From an uncultured Nitrososphaerales archaeon (GTDB lineage Archaea > Thermoproteota > Nitrososphaeria > Nitrososphaerales > Gagatemarchaeaceae), in contig OY970160.1 of assembly GCA_963706445.1 (NCBI GenBank), positions 1,568,001 through 1,632,000 of the forward strand: a DNA stretch of 64,000 nucleotides. The letters are read 5' to 3'. Made by a program: the position numbers and the translations under genes. Under the pieces are notes generated by a model that did not search any database, was not told the DNA's origin, and saw only the letters and a list, made by a program, of their open reading frames with translations. Each line of letters begins with the position of its first letter. Positions within the stretch are counted from its first letter, which is position 1. This document shows, one piece after another, positions 9,547-19,486 of this stretch.

Positions 9547-10785
9547 ATGAGACGTCCAGGCACGACATCGGTTACCCTAGCCTTCATGGTCGTGGTGATA
9601 CTGGTAGCGTCCATGGCTGCGGTTATGGCCACCCAGACCTCCGTAACGCCTGGGACGACGTCCAGTCAGCGGACTTCGGAGTCCTCCAGCGTGTCCACAA
9701 CAGCAGAGAACGGCCTCCGGCTCAGCCTCGGCGCAAGCCTCTCGTCGGTCTATTCCGGCGGCTCGATAACCGTCACCCTCTCAGACTTCAACACCCTGGA
9801 TGTGACGAACTCGCCCACGATGATGCCCCTGCCCACAATTGGGGGAGTGACTCTGAGTATGGGGCCCTGCAGCCAGCTCCCGCTGGGGTTCGGCGTAGCA
9901 GGCGGATACTACGGATTGGGGAACGTCTCTCAGGCTTCGCTTCTTAACCTGTACAATCCAGGAGCACTCTACGGCTGCCCCGCGCTCTTCCCCGTTGGGT
10001 ACTTCGCCTTCTCCCCCCTCAGCGACAATGTCACGCTCTACAGCCCCCAGCCCTCCGGTCCAGGCAACGCCACAGTCCCCACTCGCATGTGGACCGCGCC
10101 TGACTCCTTCGATCAGAACTTCTCCGGCTACTGGACTGGACAGGGATTCCCATTGGGGAGCGACACCTTCCACAGCTTTGAGCCTGGAGTCTACACCCTG
10201 ATTGGAGCGGACGCCTACGGGCAGTTGACCGTCGTCCACTTTTATGTCCCGGCTGGCACCACCACGACCGGAGGGACGAGCGTTTCAGTGCCTTCGCTTA
10301 ACGGGCTCGAGCTACTCGTCAGCCTGAACGCCACGCAGAGCCTTCCCGGACAGCAGGTCCAGGTGAACCTCAGCGAATTCAACACCCTGCCCGCTGCCAA
10401 CAACGTCTCTGCGTCCAGGGCCTGGCCGGTCTCGGTCGCGCTCGGCGCCTGCGAGAACATGTACGCTCAGCCCTTTGGAATAGCCGTCTACTCCGGACAC
10501 GTCGATGGTCAGAACCTCTCCCAGGGCCAGCGAGTGGAGATATTTCCACCCGTGCCCTGTCCGCTGTACCTCCGGCTCGTTACAGGGTATCTTTTCCAGC
10601 CGCAGAGCGACCTCGCCGTGATCCTGCCGAACTTGGGGGCCACGCCGTCCCCTCTCGTCGGGAGCGTCAACGTCGGCATGAACTACAGCTCGCTTCAGGG
10701 GCAGTCTCTCCCTGCCGGGACGTACACTGTAGTTGCTGCGGACGAGTGGGGCGCCCTGGCCTTCGTCTACTTCCAAGTGGCTTAG
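9547..10785 (+). CDS. Surface protein with two tandem homologous domains
   Basis: MRRPG plus TM; repeats NGLxLxxS..VxLSxFNTL..C..P(L/F)G..GxYTxxxADx(Y/W)GxL. Confidence 0.8.
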   Translation: MRRPGTTSVTLAFMVVVILVASMAAVMATQTSVTPGTTSSQRTSESSSVSTTAENGLRLSLGASLSSVYSGGSITVTLSDFNTLDVTNSPTMMPLPTIGGVTLSMGPCSQLPLGFGVAGGYYGLGNVSQASLLNLYNPGALYGCPALFPVGYFAFSPLSDNVTLYSPQPSGPGNATVPTRMWTAPDSFDQNFSGYWTGQGFPLGSDTFHSFEPGVYTLIGADAYGQLTVVHFYVPAGTTTTGGTSVSVPSLNGLELLVSLNATQSLPGQQVQVNLSEFNTLPAANNVSASRAWPVSVALGACENMYAQPFGIAVYSGHVDGQNLSQGQRVEIFPPVPCPLYLRLVTGYLFQPQSDLAVILPNLGATPSPLVGSVNVGMNYSSLQGQSLPAGTYTVVAADEWGALAFVYFQVA

Positions 10786-10815
10786 GTTAGAATTTTCTGG
10801 AGAGCTGGACAAGCA

Positions 10816-11232
10816 TCAGGGGAGACCCTCGACATACTTGGCGAAGGAGTTCAGCTCCCCCATGGCTGAGGATTCGGACTCCGCTTTCCCCTGGGTCTTC
10901 AGAATCCAGGACCAGCGGCCTTTGAGTTGGACGTCCATCGACGCCGACACCCTGGTCCCCTCGGGAACCTCCTCGAATCTGACGACGCTTCTGATCCGGG
11001 TAAACCTTGTCTTGCCCTCGGATTCGACCCTTTCCGGTGGGAAGAGTTTCATCTCCCTGGCCCTCGTGCGGCCACCCGAGGTCCCCTCCAGGTACACCGT
11101 GTTCCCCTCCCTCCTGGAGACCTTCATTCCGTGCTTCTGCCTCGACCACCTTTGCATAGATTCAAAGTCGGTGTAGGTGGAGTAGGCCTTGTCGCGGGAG
11201 ACCCTGACGACGAGGGACACCTCGAAGCGCAT
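10816..11232 (-). CDS. SRPBCC (START-like) family protein
   Basis: Length and pattern VSRDKAYSTYTDFESM..FEEVPEGTRV..C-terminal helix. Confidence 0.7.
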   Translation of the reverse strand: MRFEVSLVVRVSRDKAYSTYTDFESMQRWSRQKHGMKVSRREGNTVYLEGTSGGRTRAREMKLFPPERVESEGKTRFTRIRSVVRFEEVPEGTRVSASMDVQLKGRWSWILKTQGKAESESSAMGELNSFAKYVEGLP

Positions 11233-11281
11233 GCTCGAGGCAAGCCGCCCAAGATGCCATTAAGGGGTTTAGTCCGGGACG

Positions 11282-11776
11282 CTAACCGGTAGCGAATTCG
11301 AACGAGACCGAGAGAGAGAGCCCGCCGACCTCGATCCTGGCGGTCCCGTTGGCCTTCCAGTCCACGTTCCCGAGGTTCCCGATGTAACTCCCCGTCGTCC
11401 ACAGGGCCGACCCCCAGGCGACTGTGACGGGAAAGACGAGGGTCTGGGAAGTCCGTGAAGCGAATACGTAGTCAGCGGCCGACAGCCCTTCCCCAAGGTA
11501 GTGACCGTCGGCATAGATCGAATAGTTGGCCGCCTCCAGTGTCGCTCCGAAGCCGTTGGGGTTGAAGACGACCGCATCCAGGCTCAGACCCATGCCATTG
11601 GCGTTCAAGCCAGTCACGTCTAACGAGACTGACCGGAGCTGAAGATTTCCGATCAGAGCCCCCTGTTGGACGCCGGCCGGATGGGTCTCAGAGCCGGCGA
11701 TGGCGTACAACGGCACGACAGCCAGGATTATCAGCAGGAACACCGTGAAAGTGCGGAGTTCCCTGCCTGAAGACAA
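11282..11776 (-). CDS. LEA type 2 family protein
   Basis: Signal anchor followed by VFNPNGFGATL..YSIYADGHYLGEG. Confidence 0.75.
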   Translation of the reverse strand: MSSGRELRTFTVFLLIILAVVPLYAIAGSETHPAGVQQGALIGNLQLRSVSLDVTGLNANGMGLSLDAVVFNPNGFGATLEAANYSIYADGHYLGEGLSAADYVFASRTSQTLVFPVTVAWGSALWTTGSYIGNLGNVDWKANGTARIEVGGLSLSVSFEFATG

Positions 11777-11920
11777 CTGAGGTTTCTGCGGTTCATTCCG
11801 CGATTAAAGGATTGGGAGTCGGGCGACCCCGTTTTTCGGAGTCCTGTCGAAAGGTAGGTCTGCCTCCTCAGGTTCATTGTCGCTCTCGCGAGGAAAGTAC
11901 TTACACTACTTGAATGTGAA

Positions 11921-12160
11921 ATGATGTTGATGGCAAAGGCGTTCGTTATGATCAACACCGACCTCGGCACAGAGGATGTATTACAGTCAGAACTGAAGAA
12001 GGTCGAAGGCATCGTCGGGGTCTTTCAAGTCTTCGGGGTCTACGACCTGGTGGTAGTGGTCGAAGCCGAGTCGGAGGAGGAGCTCAAGTACATAATCTTC
12101 TCAAGGATTCGTACGCTGAAATACCTGAGATCCACGCTCACGCTCAACGTATTAACCTGA
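11921..12160 (+). CDS. Stand-alone Lrp/AsnC ligand-binding (RAM) domain protein
   Basis: KAFVMIN..VFGVYDLVVVVEA..IRTL..STLTL; no HTH. Confidence 0.9.
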   Translation: MMLMAKAFVMINTDLGTEDVLQSELKKVEGIVGVFQVFGVYDLVVVVEAESEEELKYIIFSRIRTLKYLRSTLTLNVLT

Positions 12161-12255
12161 TTGAGAACGCAACCCCGGCCTGGAGTGACCCTAGGTTCGA
12201 GCCTCTCCGGGCCCGTCGAACTCCATAACTACCTTCGAATCCTCACGCATCTTCA

Positions 12256-12813
12256 ATGCCGCAAACGAAGGCAATAGTGAGCATCGAGAACGTTGTCGCT
12301 TCTGCCTCGATTAATCAGAGGGTCGACCTCAACCTAATAACCAAGAACTTTGTCGACGTAGAATATCATCCCGACCGGTTCCCTGGACTAGTATTCAGGC
12401 TGAAGAACCCGAAGACTGCTACCCTGGTCTTCAGCTCGGGGAAGATGGTCTGCACCGGCGCGAAATCGGAGGAGCAGTCGAGAAAGGCCGTGGCAGAAGT
12501 CGTAAGGAGGTTGAGGAAAGGGGGCATCCCCATCAGGAATGAGGCTGAGGTGGTGATACAGAACATGGTGGCATCTGCGAGTCTGGGGGGGAGGATCCAC
12601 CTGGAGGAAGCGGCCAGGAAGTTACCAAAATCGATGTACGAGCCTGAGCAGTTCCCCGGTTTGATCCACAGGATGGCGGACCCCAAGACGGTGATACTTC
12701 TCTTCTCCTCCGGGAAGCTCGTCTGCACCGGAGCGAAGAGGGAGGGAGATGTCTACAGGGCCGTGAACAACCTGCACGCGACGCTCGAGGAACTGGGGCT
12801 CATGGCCTACTGA
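12256..12813 (+). CDS. tbp: TATA-box-binding protein
   Basis: Two TBP repeats: IENVVAS..YHPDRFPGL..FSSGKMVCTGAKS and QNMVAS..YEPEQFPGL..FSSGKLVCTGAK. Confidence 0.98.
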   Translation: MPQTKAIVSIENVVASASINQRVDLNLITKNFVDVEYHPDRFPGLVFRLKNPKTATLVFSSGKMVCTGAKSEEQSRKAVAEVVRRLRKGGIPIRNEAEVVIQNMVASASLGGRIHLEEAARKLPKSMYEPEQFPGLIHRMADPKTVILLFSSGKLVCTGAKREGDVYRAVNNLHATLEELGLMAY

Positions 12814-12878
12814 CCCTCAGCGCGCCCATGGGTTTCAGAAAGAACCGGCCTCCAGAGCCCGTTGGGCCTGGGGGAAGT

Positions 12879-13040
12879 CTAGCCTTTCGATTTGTTATCT
12901 TCTCGCTTGGCGGACTTGCGGAGTCGGTTCAGTTCGGCAATCTTTTCCTTGTATTCCTTTTTCTTCTTCCTGTTTCCCTGTGCGCGCGCCTGGTCGTAAA
13001 GCTTCCTCAGTTTCTCTTCTTCTAGCTCGTACTCGGACAA
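12879..13040 (-). CDS. Small charged helical protein (53 aa), not in ORF track
   Basis: TTG start, MSEYELEEEKLRKLYDQARAQGNRKKKKEYKEKIAELNRLRKSAKREDNKSKG; ATAAA box about 35 nt upstream. Confidence 0.6.
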   Translation of the reverse strand: MSEYELEEEKLRKLYDQARAQGNRKKKKEYKEKIAELNRLRKSAKREDNKSKG

Positions 13041-13142
13041 CTTCGGAAATGGAGCCGTAGGAGCATGATTATGACTTTATTGGTCACAGGAGAAGTCGTT
13101 GTAGTCCGGAGCATGTTCAGCTAGGAGAATCTGTGGAATCAG

Positions 13143-13421
13143 CTACATCTCTAGATGGACTTGGACCACGCGGTCTATCTCCTCTCCTGCCTTGACCACC
13201 TTGAACTCTATCAAGAATATGGCTTTGCGGGGCTGGACGGAGCCTTCGGTCTCTCCTCTAAATGTCACCTTGACCCCCGACTTTGATTCGGTCTTCGACT
13301 TCATGGATGCTAGACAGAGGTCGTAGATGGTTCCTTTCGAAAGACCTAGTCTTTGATCTATGTATTCGAGGTAACCCCTTGATGTGAGGTGTTCCCCCCT
13401 TGTACCCTGACGGTAACTCAT
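13143..13421 (-). CDS. Hypothetical protein
   Basis: 92-aa ORF directly downstream of cdc48 on the same strand. Confidence 0.55.
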   Translation of the reverse strand: MSYRQGTRGEHLTSRGYLEYIDQRLGLSKGTIYDLCLASMKSKTESKSGVKVTFRGETEGSVQPRKAIFLIEFKVVKAGEEIDRVVQVHLEM

Positions 13422-13436
13422 GTGCCAACATCCGAC

Positions 13437-15605
13437 CTAGCTGTAGTAAGGCACCGCGACCTTCTCCATCGGGTTACTCTCCCTGGAAGACCTCACCTTC
13501 TTCGCTGCCTCCTGGAAATGCTCGTAGGTTACGATTGCTTCATCCCAATGCTTCTTCGCGTCCTCGGGCCGCGGGTACTTGGCGATGTAGGCCTGAAGAA
13601 CTATGGAAACTGCCGTGTTCACAAGTGCGGCCAAGTCTGCTCCGTTGAACCCCTCGGTCGTTTCAACGAGAAGCCCGACCTCTACCTCCTTTGAGATCGG
13701 CTTCCCCTTCATGTGTATCCGGAGGGTCTCTTCCCTCGCCTTCTCATCGGGAAGTGGCGTGCTGATTATTTTGTCGAAACGTCCTGCCCTCAAGAGCGCC
13801 GGGTCGATCATGTCGATCCTATTCGTTGCAGCCAGGACGACGACCCCCTGGAGTGGTTGTATTCCGTCGAGCTCTGTCAAGAGCTGACTGACCACTCCTC
13901 CCGTCACAGCGCCCCCTTCACCCATCCCTCTACCCGGCGCTATCGAATCGATCTCATCGAAGAAGATTACGCATGGGGCGGCTTGCCTTGCCCGTCTAAA
14001 GACCTCTCGCACTCCTCTTTCAGATTCGCCCACCCACTTACTGAACAGCTCTGGGCCCTTGACGCTGATGAAGTTCGCTTCACTCTCAGTAGCTACAGCC
14101 TTGGCCAGGAGGGTCTTGCCCGTGCCCGAGGGACCATGAAGCAGGATGCCCTTCGGCATGACGTAGCTCAGCGTCCTGTAGAGATCAGGGTACTTCAGCG
14201 GCCATTCGACCGCCTCCTGAAGCTCTCTCTTCACGCCATCAAGGCCCCCGATCTCGGACCACTTCACATCTGGCGTTTCAAGATACACTTCTCTCATCGC
14301 CGACGGGGTGATGTCTTTCAGCGACTTCTGGAAGTCGTCCCCCGTTACAATCAGCTTGTCGAGTATCTCTGGGCTCAGCTTCTCTTCCTCGAGCTTCAGT
14401 TCTGGTAGAATCCTTCTGAGGGTCTTCATGGCAGCCTCTTTGCAAAGATATTCGAGGTCAGCCCCGACGAACCCGTGCGATACTGAGGCGAGCTTCTCAA
14501 GGTCGACGTCCTCCTGTAGTGGCATGTGACGCGTGTGGATCTGCAGTATCTCGTATCTTCCCTTCTTGTCCGGGATCTTGATCTCGATCTCCCTGTCGAA
14601 CCTGCCTGGCCTTCGGAGGGCGGGGTCCAGTGCGTTATGTCGGTTGGTAGCAGCTATTACTATGACTTTGCCCCTGGCTTCGAGGCCGTCCATCAAGGAG
14701 AGCAACTGGCTGACAACTCTCCTCTCGACTTCTCCAGTCACCTCTTCGCGCTTTGGAGCTATCGAGTCGATTTCGTCGATGAAAATGATGGTAGGAGCCT
14801 TCTCCTTTGCCTCTTTGAATATCTCTCTGAGTTTTGCCTCTGATTCGCCGTAGAACTTGCTCATGATCTCTGGACCACCTATCGGAATGAAGTGAGCGCT
14901 GGTCTCGTTGACCACGGCCTTCGCCAAAAGCGTCTTTCCGGTTCCCGGAGGACCGTACAGGAGAATCCCTTTTGGTGCTTCGACACCCAACTTCTCGAAG
15001 ATCTCCGGGTGTCTGAGCGGGAGCTCGATCATCTCCCTCACCTTCTGGACCTCGGCCTTTATGCCGCCGATGTCTTCGTAGGTTACCTGCGGTACTCCCC
15101 TCGGGGTCGCGCCCTTCTCGGAAAAGACGAAGGTCGTTCTCTGAGTTATCAGTACCGCCTCCGCGACCGGACTCGCTCCGACGACCTGGAAGGTGAGCCT
15201 TCCGCCGAAGTAGGGGACCACCACGTTGTCCCCCTTCGTCACCGGGATGCCTTCGAGGGCGTCAGCCAAGTATCTCTCGTCGATGGGTGGCACTGGTTCG
15301 AGCGGGGCGACCACGACCTTCTCCGCCGGCGGGGCTGTGATTTTCTTTACGATGACTACGTCGCCGATGGCGACGCCGCCGTTGTTCCTGATGAGGCCGT
15401 CGATCCTCATTATTCCTCTGCCCTCGTCTGAGGGGTAGAGAGGGAGGCACTTCGCGACGGTTTTTCTCTTTCCCTTGAACTCGATGACGTCCCCGGTCGA
15501 AGCGCCCAAAGCATCCATCGCGGCATAGTCTATCCTCGTCACGCCTCGACCCACGTCGCGGGTGTATGCCTCTAGTACCTTGAGCTGGGCTTGCTGCTGG
15601 CTCAC
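13437..15605 (-). CDS. cdc48: CDC48/VCP family AAA+ ATPase
   Basis: N domain [14 protein letters not shown] and two AAA modules ([33 protein letters not shown]); start reassigned to GTG 15605. Confidence 0.97.
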   Translation of the reverse strand: MSQQQAQLKVLEAYTRDVGRGVTRIDYAAMDALGASTGDVIEFKGKRKTVAKCLPLYPSDEGRGIMRIDGLIRNNGGVAIGDVVIVKKITAPPAEKVVVAPLEPVPPIDERYLADALEGIPVTKGDNVVVPYFGGRLTFQVVGASPVAEAVLITQRTTFVFSEKGATPRGVPQVTYEDIGGIKAEVQKVREMIELPLRHPEIFEKLGVEAPKGILLYGPPGTGKTLLAKAVVNETSAHFIPIGGPEIMSKFYGESEAKLREIFKEAKEKAPTIIFIDEIDSIAPKREEVTGEVERRVVSQLLSLMDGLEARGKVIVIAATNRHNALDPALRRPGRFDREIEIKIPDKKGRYEILQIHTRHMPLQEDVDLEKLASVSHGFVGADLEYLCKEAAMKTLRRILPELKLEEEKLSPEILDKLIVTGDDFQKSLKDITPSAMREVYLETPDVKWSEIGGLDGVKRELQEAVEWPLKYPDLYRTLSYVMPKGILLHGPSGTGKTLLAKAVATESEANFISVKGPELFSKWVGESERGVREVFRRARQAAPCVIFFDEIDSIAPGRGMGEGGAVTGGVVSQLLTELDGIQPLQGVVVLAATNRIDMIDPALLRAGRFDKIISTPLPDEKAREETLRIHMKGKPISKEVEVGLLVETTEGFNGADLAALVNTAVSIVLQAYIAKYPRPEDAKKHWDEAIVTYEHFQEAAKKVRSSRESNPMEKVAVPYYS

Positions 15606-15781
15606 TATTCTATCACTGCTAGACAGTCCTGCGCCTACAGCACCGCCTATTAACCAAAATTGGCAAACCCGACCCTTGAGCGCGATCCTCTGCACGCGTA
15701 TCCCGCAGAATTACCAGAGCCCTTGTCTCGTTGTGCTTATAGCCATCTAGTGCCACTTCGAGAGAGGGTGTCTGGCGAGAG

Positions 15782-15961
15782 ATGAGTACGAGGGCTAAGA
15801 AGGAAGGACGGAAGCAAAACAAAGCTACTGACGAGTTGAGGGAGGAGGTCGAAATGCTAGACATCATGCTCTCATCATTGGTCGACGTTCTCGAGGAGAA
15901 GGGGGTCGTTGGCCATGACGAATGGAAGAGGAGAACAAAGGAAAGGCTAAGTTCGAAGTAA
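15782..15961 (+). CDS. Small helical hypothetical protein (59 aa), divergent from cdc48
   Basis: MSTRAKKEG..EMLDIMLSSLVDVLEEKGVVGHDEWKRRTKERLSSK; below the ORF-track cutoff. Confidence 0.7.
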   Translation: MSTRAKKEGRKQNKATDELREEVEMLDIMLSSLVDVLEEKGVVGHDEWKRRTKERLSSK

Positions 15962-16032
15962 GGAGTATTTGGGGGCAGTCCTCATTGGGGTAGCTCGCTT
16001 TCAAAGGATGAGGGCCTCTGCACGCTGACCTG

Positions 16033-16275
16033 TCAGGCAGTCTTGTATGAGATGATCTTGCCGTCCTTGTCGTTCACGATTATCTCCTTCTTGTCTCTCG
16101 CCGGCTGCCCGATGTCGGCTGTCACCTTCCATTCGGCTTCTCCTTCTATCGCCACGGCGGAGGTGACCCTGATGTTGTCGAAGCCTTCGTCTTCGGTCAG
16201 GAACTTCCTGGCCACGGCGATAGCTTCGGAGACGGATAGGTTCAACGCGTCCTCTTCCCGGCCATCTTTCTCCAA
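16033..16275 (-). CDS. Small PepSY-like protein
   Basis: SVSEAIAVARKFL..WKV..EIIVNDKDGKIISY; start reassigned to TTG 16275. Confidence 0.65.
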   Translation of the reverse strand: MEKDGREEDALNLSVSEAIAVARKFLTEDEGFDNIRVTSAVAIEGEAEWKVTADIGQPARDKKEIIVNDKDGKIISYKTA

Positions 16276-16334
16276 TGGTAGCCGGGGTTCGATACTGTTA
16301 ACTCTTCCGAGGGGCACCTGCGGAGCGACTCCAG

Positions 16335-17054
16335 TCAGGGCGATATCCTTGAAATTGCGTCGGCCACGGAGGCCGTGATTTCCTGTCGTTCTTTGACAAG
16401 CTGTACTTTCTCCAACCTCTCGCTCTGCAAGGCTCCTTGACTTTGCTTCAGGGACTCCAGGGCCCTCCACTCCTCAGCAAACGGAGACTCCGGGGAGTGC
16501 TGATCGACTGACTTCAAGATTTTCTGTTGTAATGGTATCTCGTTGGCTAGACCGTCTAGTCTCGACTCGAGCTCCTTGATATGGGATTCCGCGATTTTTG
16601 GAGCCTTCGGCTTCCCGACGAAGACGCGTCTGAGAAATGAACCGGAGCGCTTGTCCTCGGCCGGTGTGGAAATCCTTCTTTGTTCCTCTGCAAGTTCAGC
16701 GGAACTTCTCTCCTGCTCGCCCTTGAGCTCAGCGATTTTTGAAACCAACCCTGTTCTCCCGGTTTCAATCTTGCCCTCGACTTCGGCCAACTTCTGCCCG
16801 AGTTCGGCAATACCCTCGTCGATGGAAGAGGTGGAGATCGGTCGTGAAAGGAAGCTCTCCATTTCGCGCCGCTTCACGTGGTAATCCGAGGTCAGTTTCC
16901 CCTCCCCCATTTTCTCCTCGAACTCGTCCAACAGGATGTTTACGCCCTTCGTCCAGTTCTCTAGAGAATAGCCCCCGGGTTCCGTTGAGAACTTCTGTTG
17001 TCCGAGCTTGTTCAGGGCGGTAATCGTTCTGCTCTTCAGCGCTTCGTAGTCCAT
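16335..17054 (-). CDS. Coiled-coil hypothetical protein
   Basis: Glu/Lys/Leu heptad-rich 239-aa ORF starting MDYEALK. Confidence 0.75.
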   Translation of the reverse strand: MDYEALKSRTITALNKLGQQKFSTEPGGYSLENWTKGVNILLDEFEEKMGEGKLTSDYHVKRREMESFLSRPISTSSIDEGIAELGQKLAEVEGKIETGRTGLVSKIAELKGEQERSSAELAEEQRRISTPAEDKRSGSFLRRVFVGKPKAPKIAESHIKELESRLDGLANEIPLQQKILKSVDQHSPESPFAEEWRALESLKQSQGALQSERLEKVQLVKERQEITASVADAISRISP

Positions 17055-17115
17055 TGTTGGGGTCTCCGGCAGCCTGATCTTCCGCTGGTGGAATGACTGG
17101 CCCTTCATTCCCTTT

Positions 17116-17205
17116 CTAGTTGGGAGGTGCCCCTTTGCGCGCTCGTCTTTCCTCTTTGCTCCGCCTTACTTTCTCTTTCTTTTTCTTCTTCCCTTCTCTT
17201 CCCAA
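17116..17205 (-). CDS. Lys/Arg-rich microprotein (29 aa), copy A
   Basis: MGREGKKKKKEKVRRSKEERRARKGAPPN; TTATTA box 25-30 nt upstream; paralogue at 20890 differs mostly at synonymous sites. Confidence 0.7.
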   Translation of the reverse strand: MGREGKKKKKEKVRRSKEERRARKGAPPN

Positions 17206-17327
17206 GGCCCTCCTCCGATTTGACTGGTCTAATAAGACCAGAGTAAGACCTCCTGCCTGTAAAACAGACGAGCCGGACCATGATGCTCACACTTAATACA
17301 GGCAGAAGTTCCGCTTGGCTGATTGTA

Positions 17328-17426
17328 ATGGCAGTGTGTGCAAAATGCGGCAAAGAAATCCCGGCTGGGCAGGAAGTCAAGAAAGGCTTCCTCATGAAGA
17401 AGACCTACCACAAGGATTGCGCCTAG
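17328..17426 (+). CDS. Zinc-finger microprotein (32 aa; CxxC..HxxC, half-LIM-like)
   Basis: MAVCAKCGKEIPAGQEVKKGFLMKKTYHKDCA; TTAATA box about 30 nt upstream. Confidence 0.75.
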   Translation: MAVCAKCGKEIPAGQEVKKGFLMKKTYHKDCA

Positions 17427-17557
17427 AGACCTTTCACTGAGCTAACGGATAGGCCAACCTAAGCTCTGCCGAGGCCATGCCGGCTGCGGAGAACCAGAGC
17501 TGCCCGTTATATCGCAGAGTATGTAGAAACCCTGAAGCTTCCTCAAAAATCGTCTTT

Positions 17558-17728
17558 TCAGTATTGTGAGTTCGGAACAGCCCTGAAGCCCAGGCCGGCG
17601 GAGTCCATCTCTCTCACGCAGTTACCGCACATGAGGCCCCGGGGGGTCCGGTAGAGGTGCTCCACGGCGCCGCATCTGGGGCAAGCCCTAGGGAGCTTTG
17701 ACTGCGGGACGGCGTCCCCCTGTCTCAT
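17558..17728 (-). CDS. CPxCG-type zinc-finger microprotein (56 aa)
   Basis: MRQGDAVPQSKLPRACPRCGAVEHLYRTPRGLMCGNCVREMDSAGLGFRAVPNSQY. Confidence 0.6.
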   Translation of the reverse strand: MRQGDAVPQSKLPRACPRCGAVEHLYRTPRGLMCGNCVREMDSAGLGFRAVPNSQY

Positions 17729-17957
17729 GGGTCTATCTCCTTCGGCCGCGCCTTCGGAGCGACTCCTGGTTGGCCATCTGAGCGCAAACAGGGCAGATTA
17801 GTTGGTTTGAGGTTCCGTCTGATTGAAGCCTGATTCGATGAGTTTGACATAACTCTGGTTGTAATTGACTCATGCTGGCTTCGGTTTCGTGCGCCTATTA
17901 AAGGCGTGTAAACCCATGAAACAACCCTAATAGTGAGGCTTCACAGGTTCTGGCGTA

Positions 17958-18365
17958 TTGGAGTCGCGTGATAGGGCCCAGGATGCAAAGCTGAGAGAAA
18001 TTCTAGCCGCGTACAACGAGGCGTGGATGAAGTACTGGGATTCGTACATCAAGCTGCAGGACCAGCTCTACGAGAGCCTGCGGGCCGGGAGGGAGGTCTC
18101 CTGGCTGGCCGCGACCGATGAGAGGAAGATGAGCGAGATCAACCAAGTCCAGCGGGAGCTCTTCCAGAACATGCCTCGCCGGCTGGACTACGCCCCTCTG
18201 GGTCAGATATCGCGCGACCTGAACAGCGCGCCGAGCAAGATCAAGGACCTCGAGGCCGCCCTCGCTCAGGCGGAGCAGGGGTGCAAGAGCCTGGAGGGGG
18301 CCATAGCGCTGATGAAGGAGAAGGTCGAGTCGATGAAGAAAGCCATGGGCGCGGCCGGCCCCTGA
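17958..18365 (+). CDS. Coiled-coil hypothetical protein
   Basis: 135-aa helical ORF with host-like codon usage. Confidence 0.7.
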   Translation: MESRDRAQDAKLREILAAYNEAWMKYWDSYIKLQDQLYESLRAGREVSWLAATDERKMSEINQVQRELFQNMPRRLDYAPLGQISRDLNSAPSKIKDLEAALAQAEQGCKSLEGAIALMKEKVESMKKAMGAAGP

Positions 18366-18429
18366 AAGACCCCAATTGGAAGTATTGTCGGAAGACATTT
18401 CTAGGGTGTAACTTCACCAACGCCCGAAC

Positions 18430-18747
18430 ATGCCAAAGTACGTGGTTATCTCAAACCATCCTCCTGCAAGCTGCCCATCTGCAAACAAGGTCCTTAGAGA
18501 AGAGGGGAACAGCCTCGGAATGAACATGCCACCTATGCTCGAAAAGCACAAAATCAAAGCTGAAGTCGTCTTCCACCTTGACCCCGGGCACAAGATTGTC
18601 TGGGTTCTAGATGCTCCAAGCGCAGAAGCCGTGAGGGATTTCATCTACGACTCCGGCTTCAGCCGGTGGAACGACTTCGAATTCTACATGGCGAGCAGCC
18701 TCGAGGAAGTAACGTCCTGGATCCAGCACCTGCCAACTATCTCGTAG
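18430..18747 (+). CDS. Small ferredoxin-like-fold protein (DUF3303/GYD-like)
   Basis: YVVISNHPPASCP..HKIVWVLDAPSAEAVRDF. Confidence 0.65.
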   Translation: MPKYVVISNHPPASCPSANKVLREEGNSLGMNMPPMLEKHKIKAEVVFHLDPGHKIVWVLDAPSAEAVRDFIYDSGFSRWNDFEFYMASSLEEVTSWIQHLPTIS

Positions 18748-18870
18748 ACAAATGGTTTCGGGTGCTGGCCCGATTTTTTTGGCAAGCCAGGGTTAGCCAT
18801 TCCGGGTTTCAAGGATCTTCGACCTGGTCCTATCAGGCGAGACTGGATAGTAGCAAGCGTCAAGGCTCTG

Positions 18871-19125
18871 TCAAGTTGACGGTTGAAAGTTTTCGAGGTC
18901 TAGACGCGGTCGATTCCTCAACCTTACGAGTCCGAAGGCGACAAATAGAAGGCCCAACAACAGAGGCAACCACACCCATAATGGAGGTTGTGGACAAGGG
19001 TTACAATCGCCATTATCGAATACTCCATAGGCGAACCATGCGAAGATAGCTCCTCCGAATGAAATCACTATGCCAATTCGGAGGAACACTTTCGAGGCCG
19101 AATGGCGAATTTCCATTTCAAGCAT
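18871..19125 (-). CDS. Small two-TM membrane protein
   Basis: Two hydrophobic helices flanking a CNPC loop. Confidence 0.5.
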   Translation of the reverse strand: MLEMEIRHSASKVFLRIGIVISFGGAIFAWFAYGVFDNGDCNPCPQPPLWVWLPLLLGLLFVAFGLVRLRNRPRLDLENFQPST

Positions 19126-19270
19126 CTCCTAGATTGGCCGCGTTCTGGATAAGCGTTAGGCATTCGTTCTGCCCTTCCCCCATGACAGCAAGGACCGTCA
19201 ACCGCTGGCTTGACAGAGCCGACGTCAATCTAACTTATAGGGAAGAGCGCCATGCCGGTGCTGAGTTCAA

Positions 19271-19453
19271 ATGAGAGAGTCATCCAAGTTGGATAAGACG
19301 AAGCTGCCGGGCGACACCTATGAGAAGTGGCTCGGGACCAATAAGGAACGCTCAAAGAAGACCCGAGGCTCTGAGACCCCCGCGCCGGACTCCTACGAAA
19401 CTTGGATAAGCAAGCGGGTTGAGAAGAAGCGGACTGAGCAAAGAGCCACATAG
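19271..19453 (+). CDS. Small basic protein with a twice-repeated D(T/S)YExW motif
   Basis: PGDTYEKWL and APDSYETWI; TTATA box upstream; directly precedes ppk2. Confidence 0.65.
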   Translation: MRESSKLDKTKLPGDTYEKWLGTNKERSKKTRGSETPAPDSYETWISKRVEKKRTEQRAT

Positions 19454-19486
19454 AGGCTCCAGTTTGGGCTTGCAGGACGGACGGAA

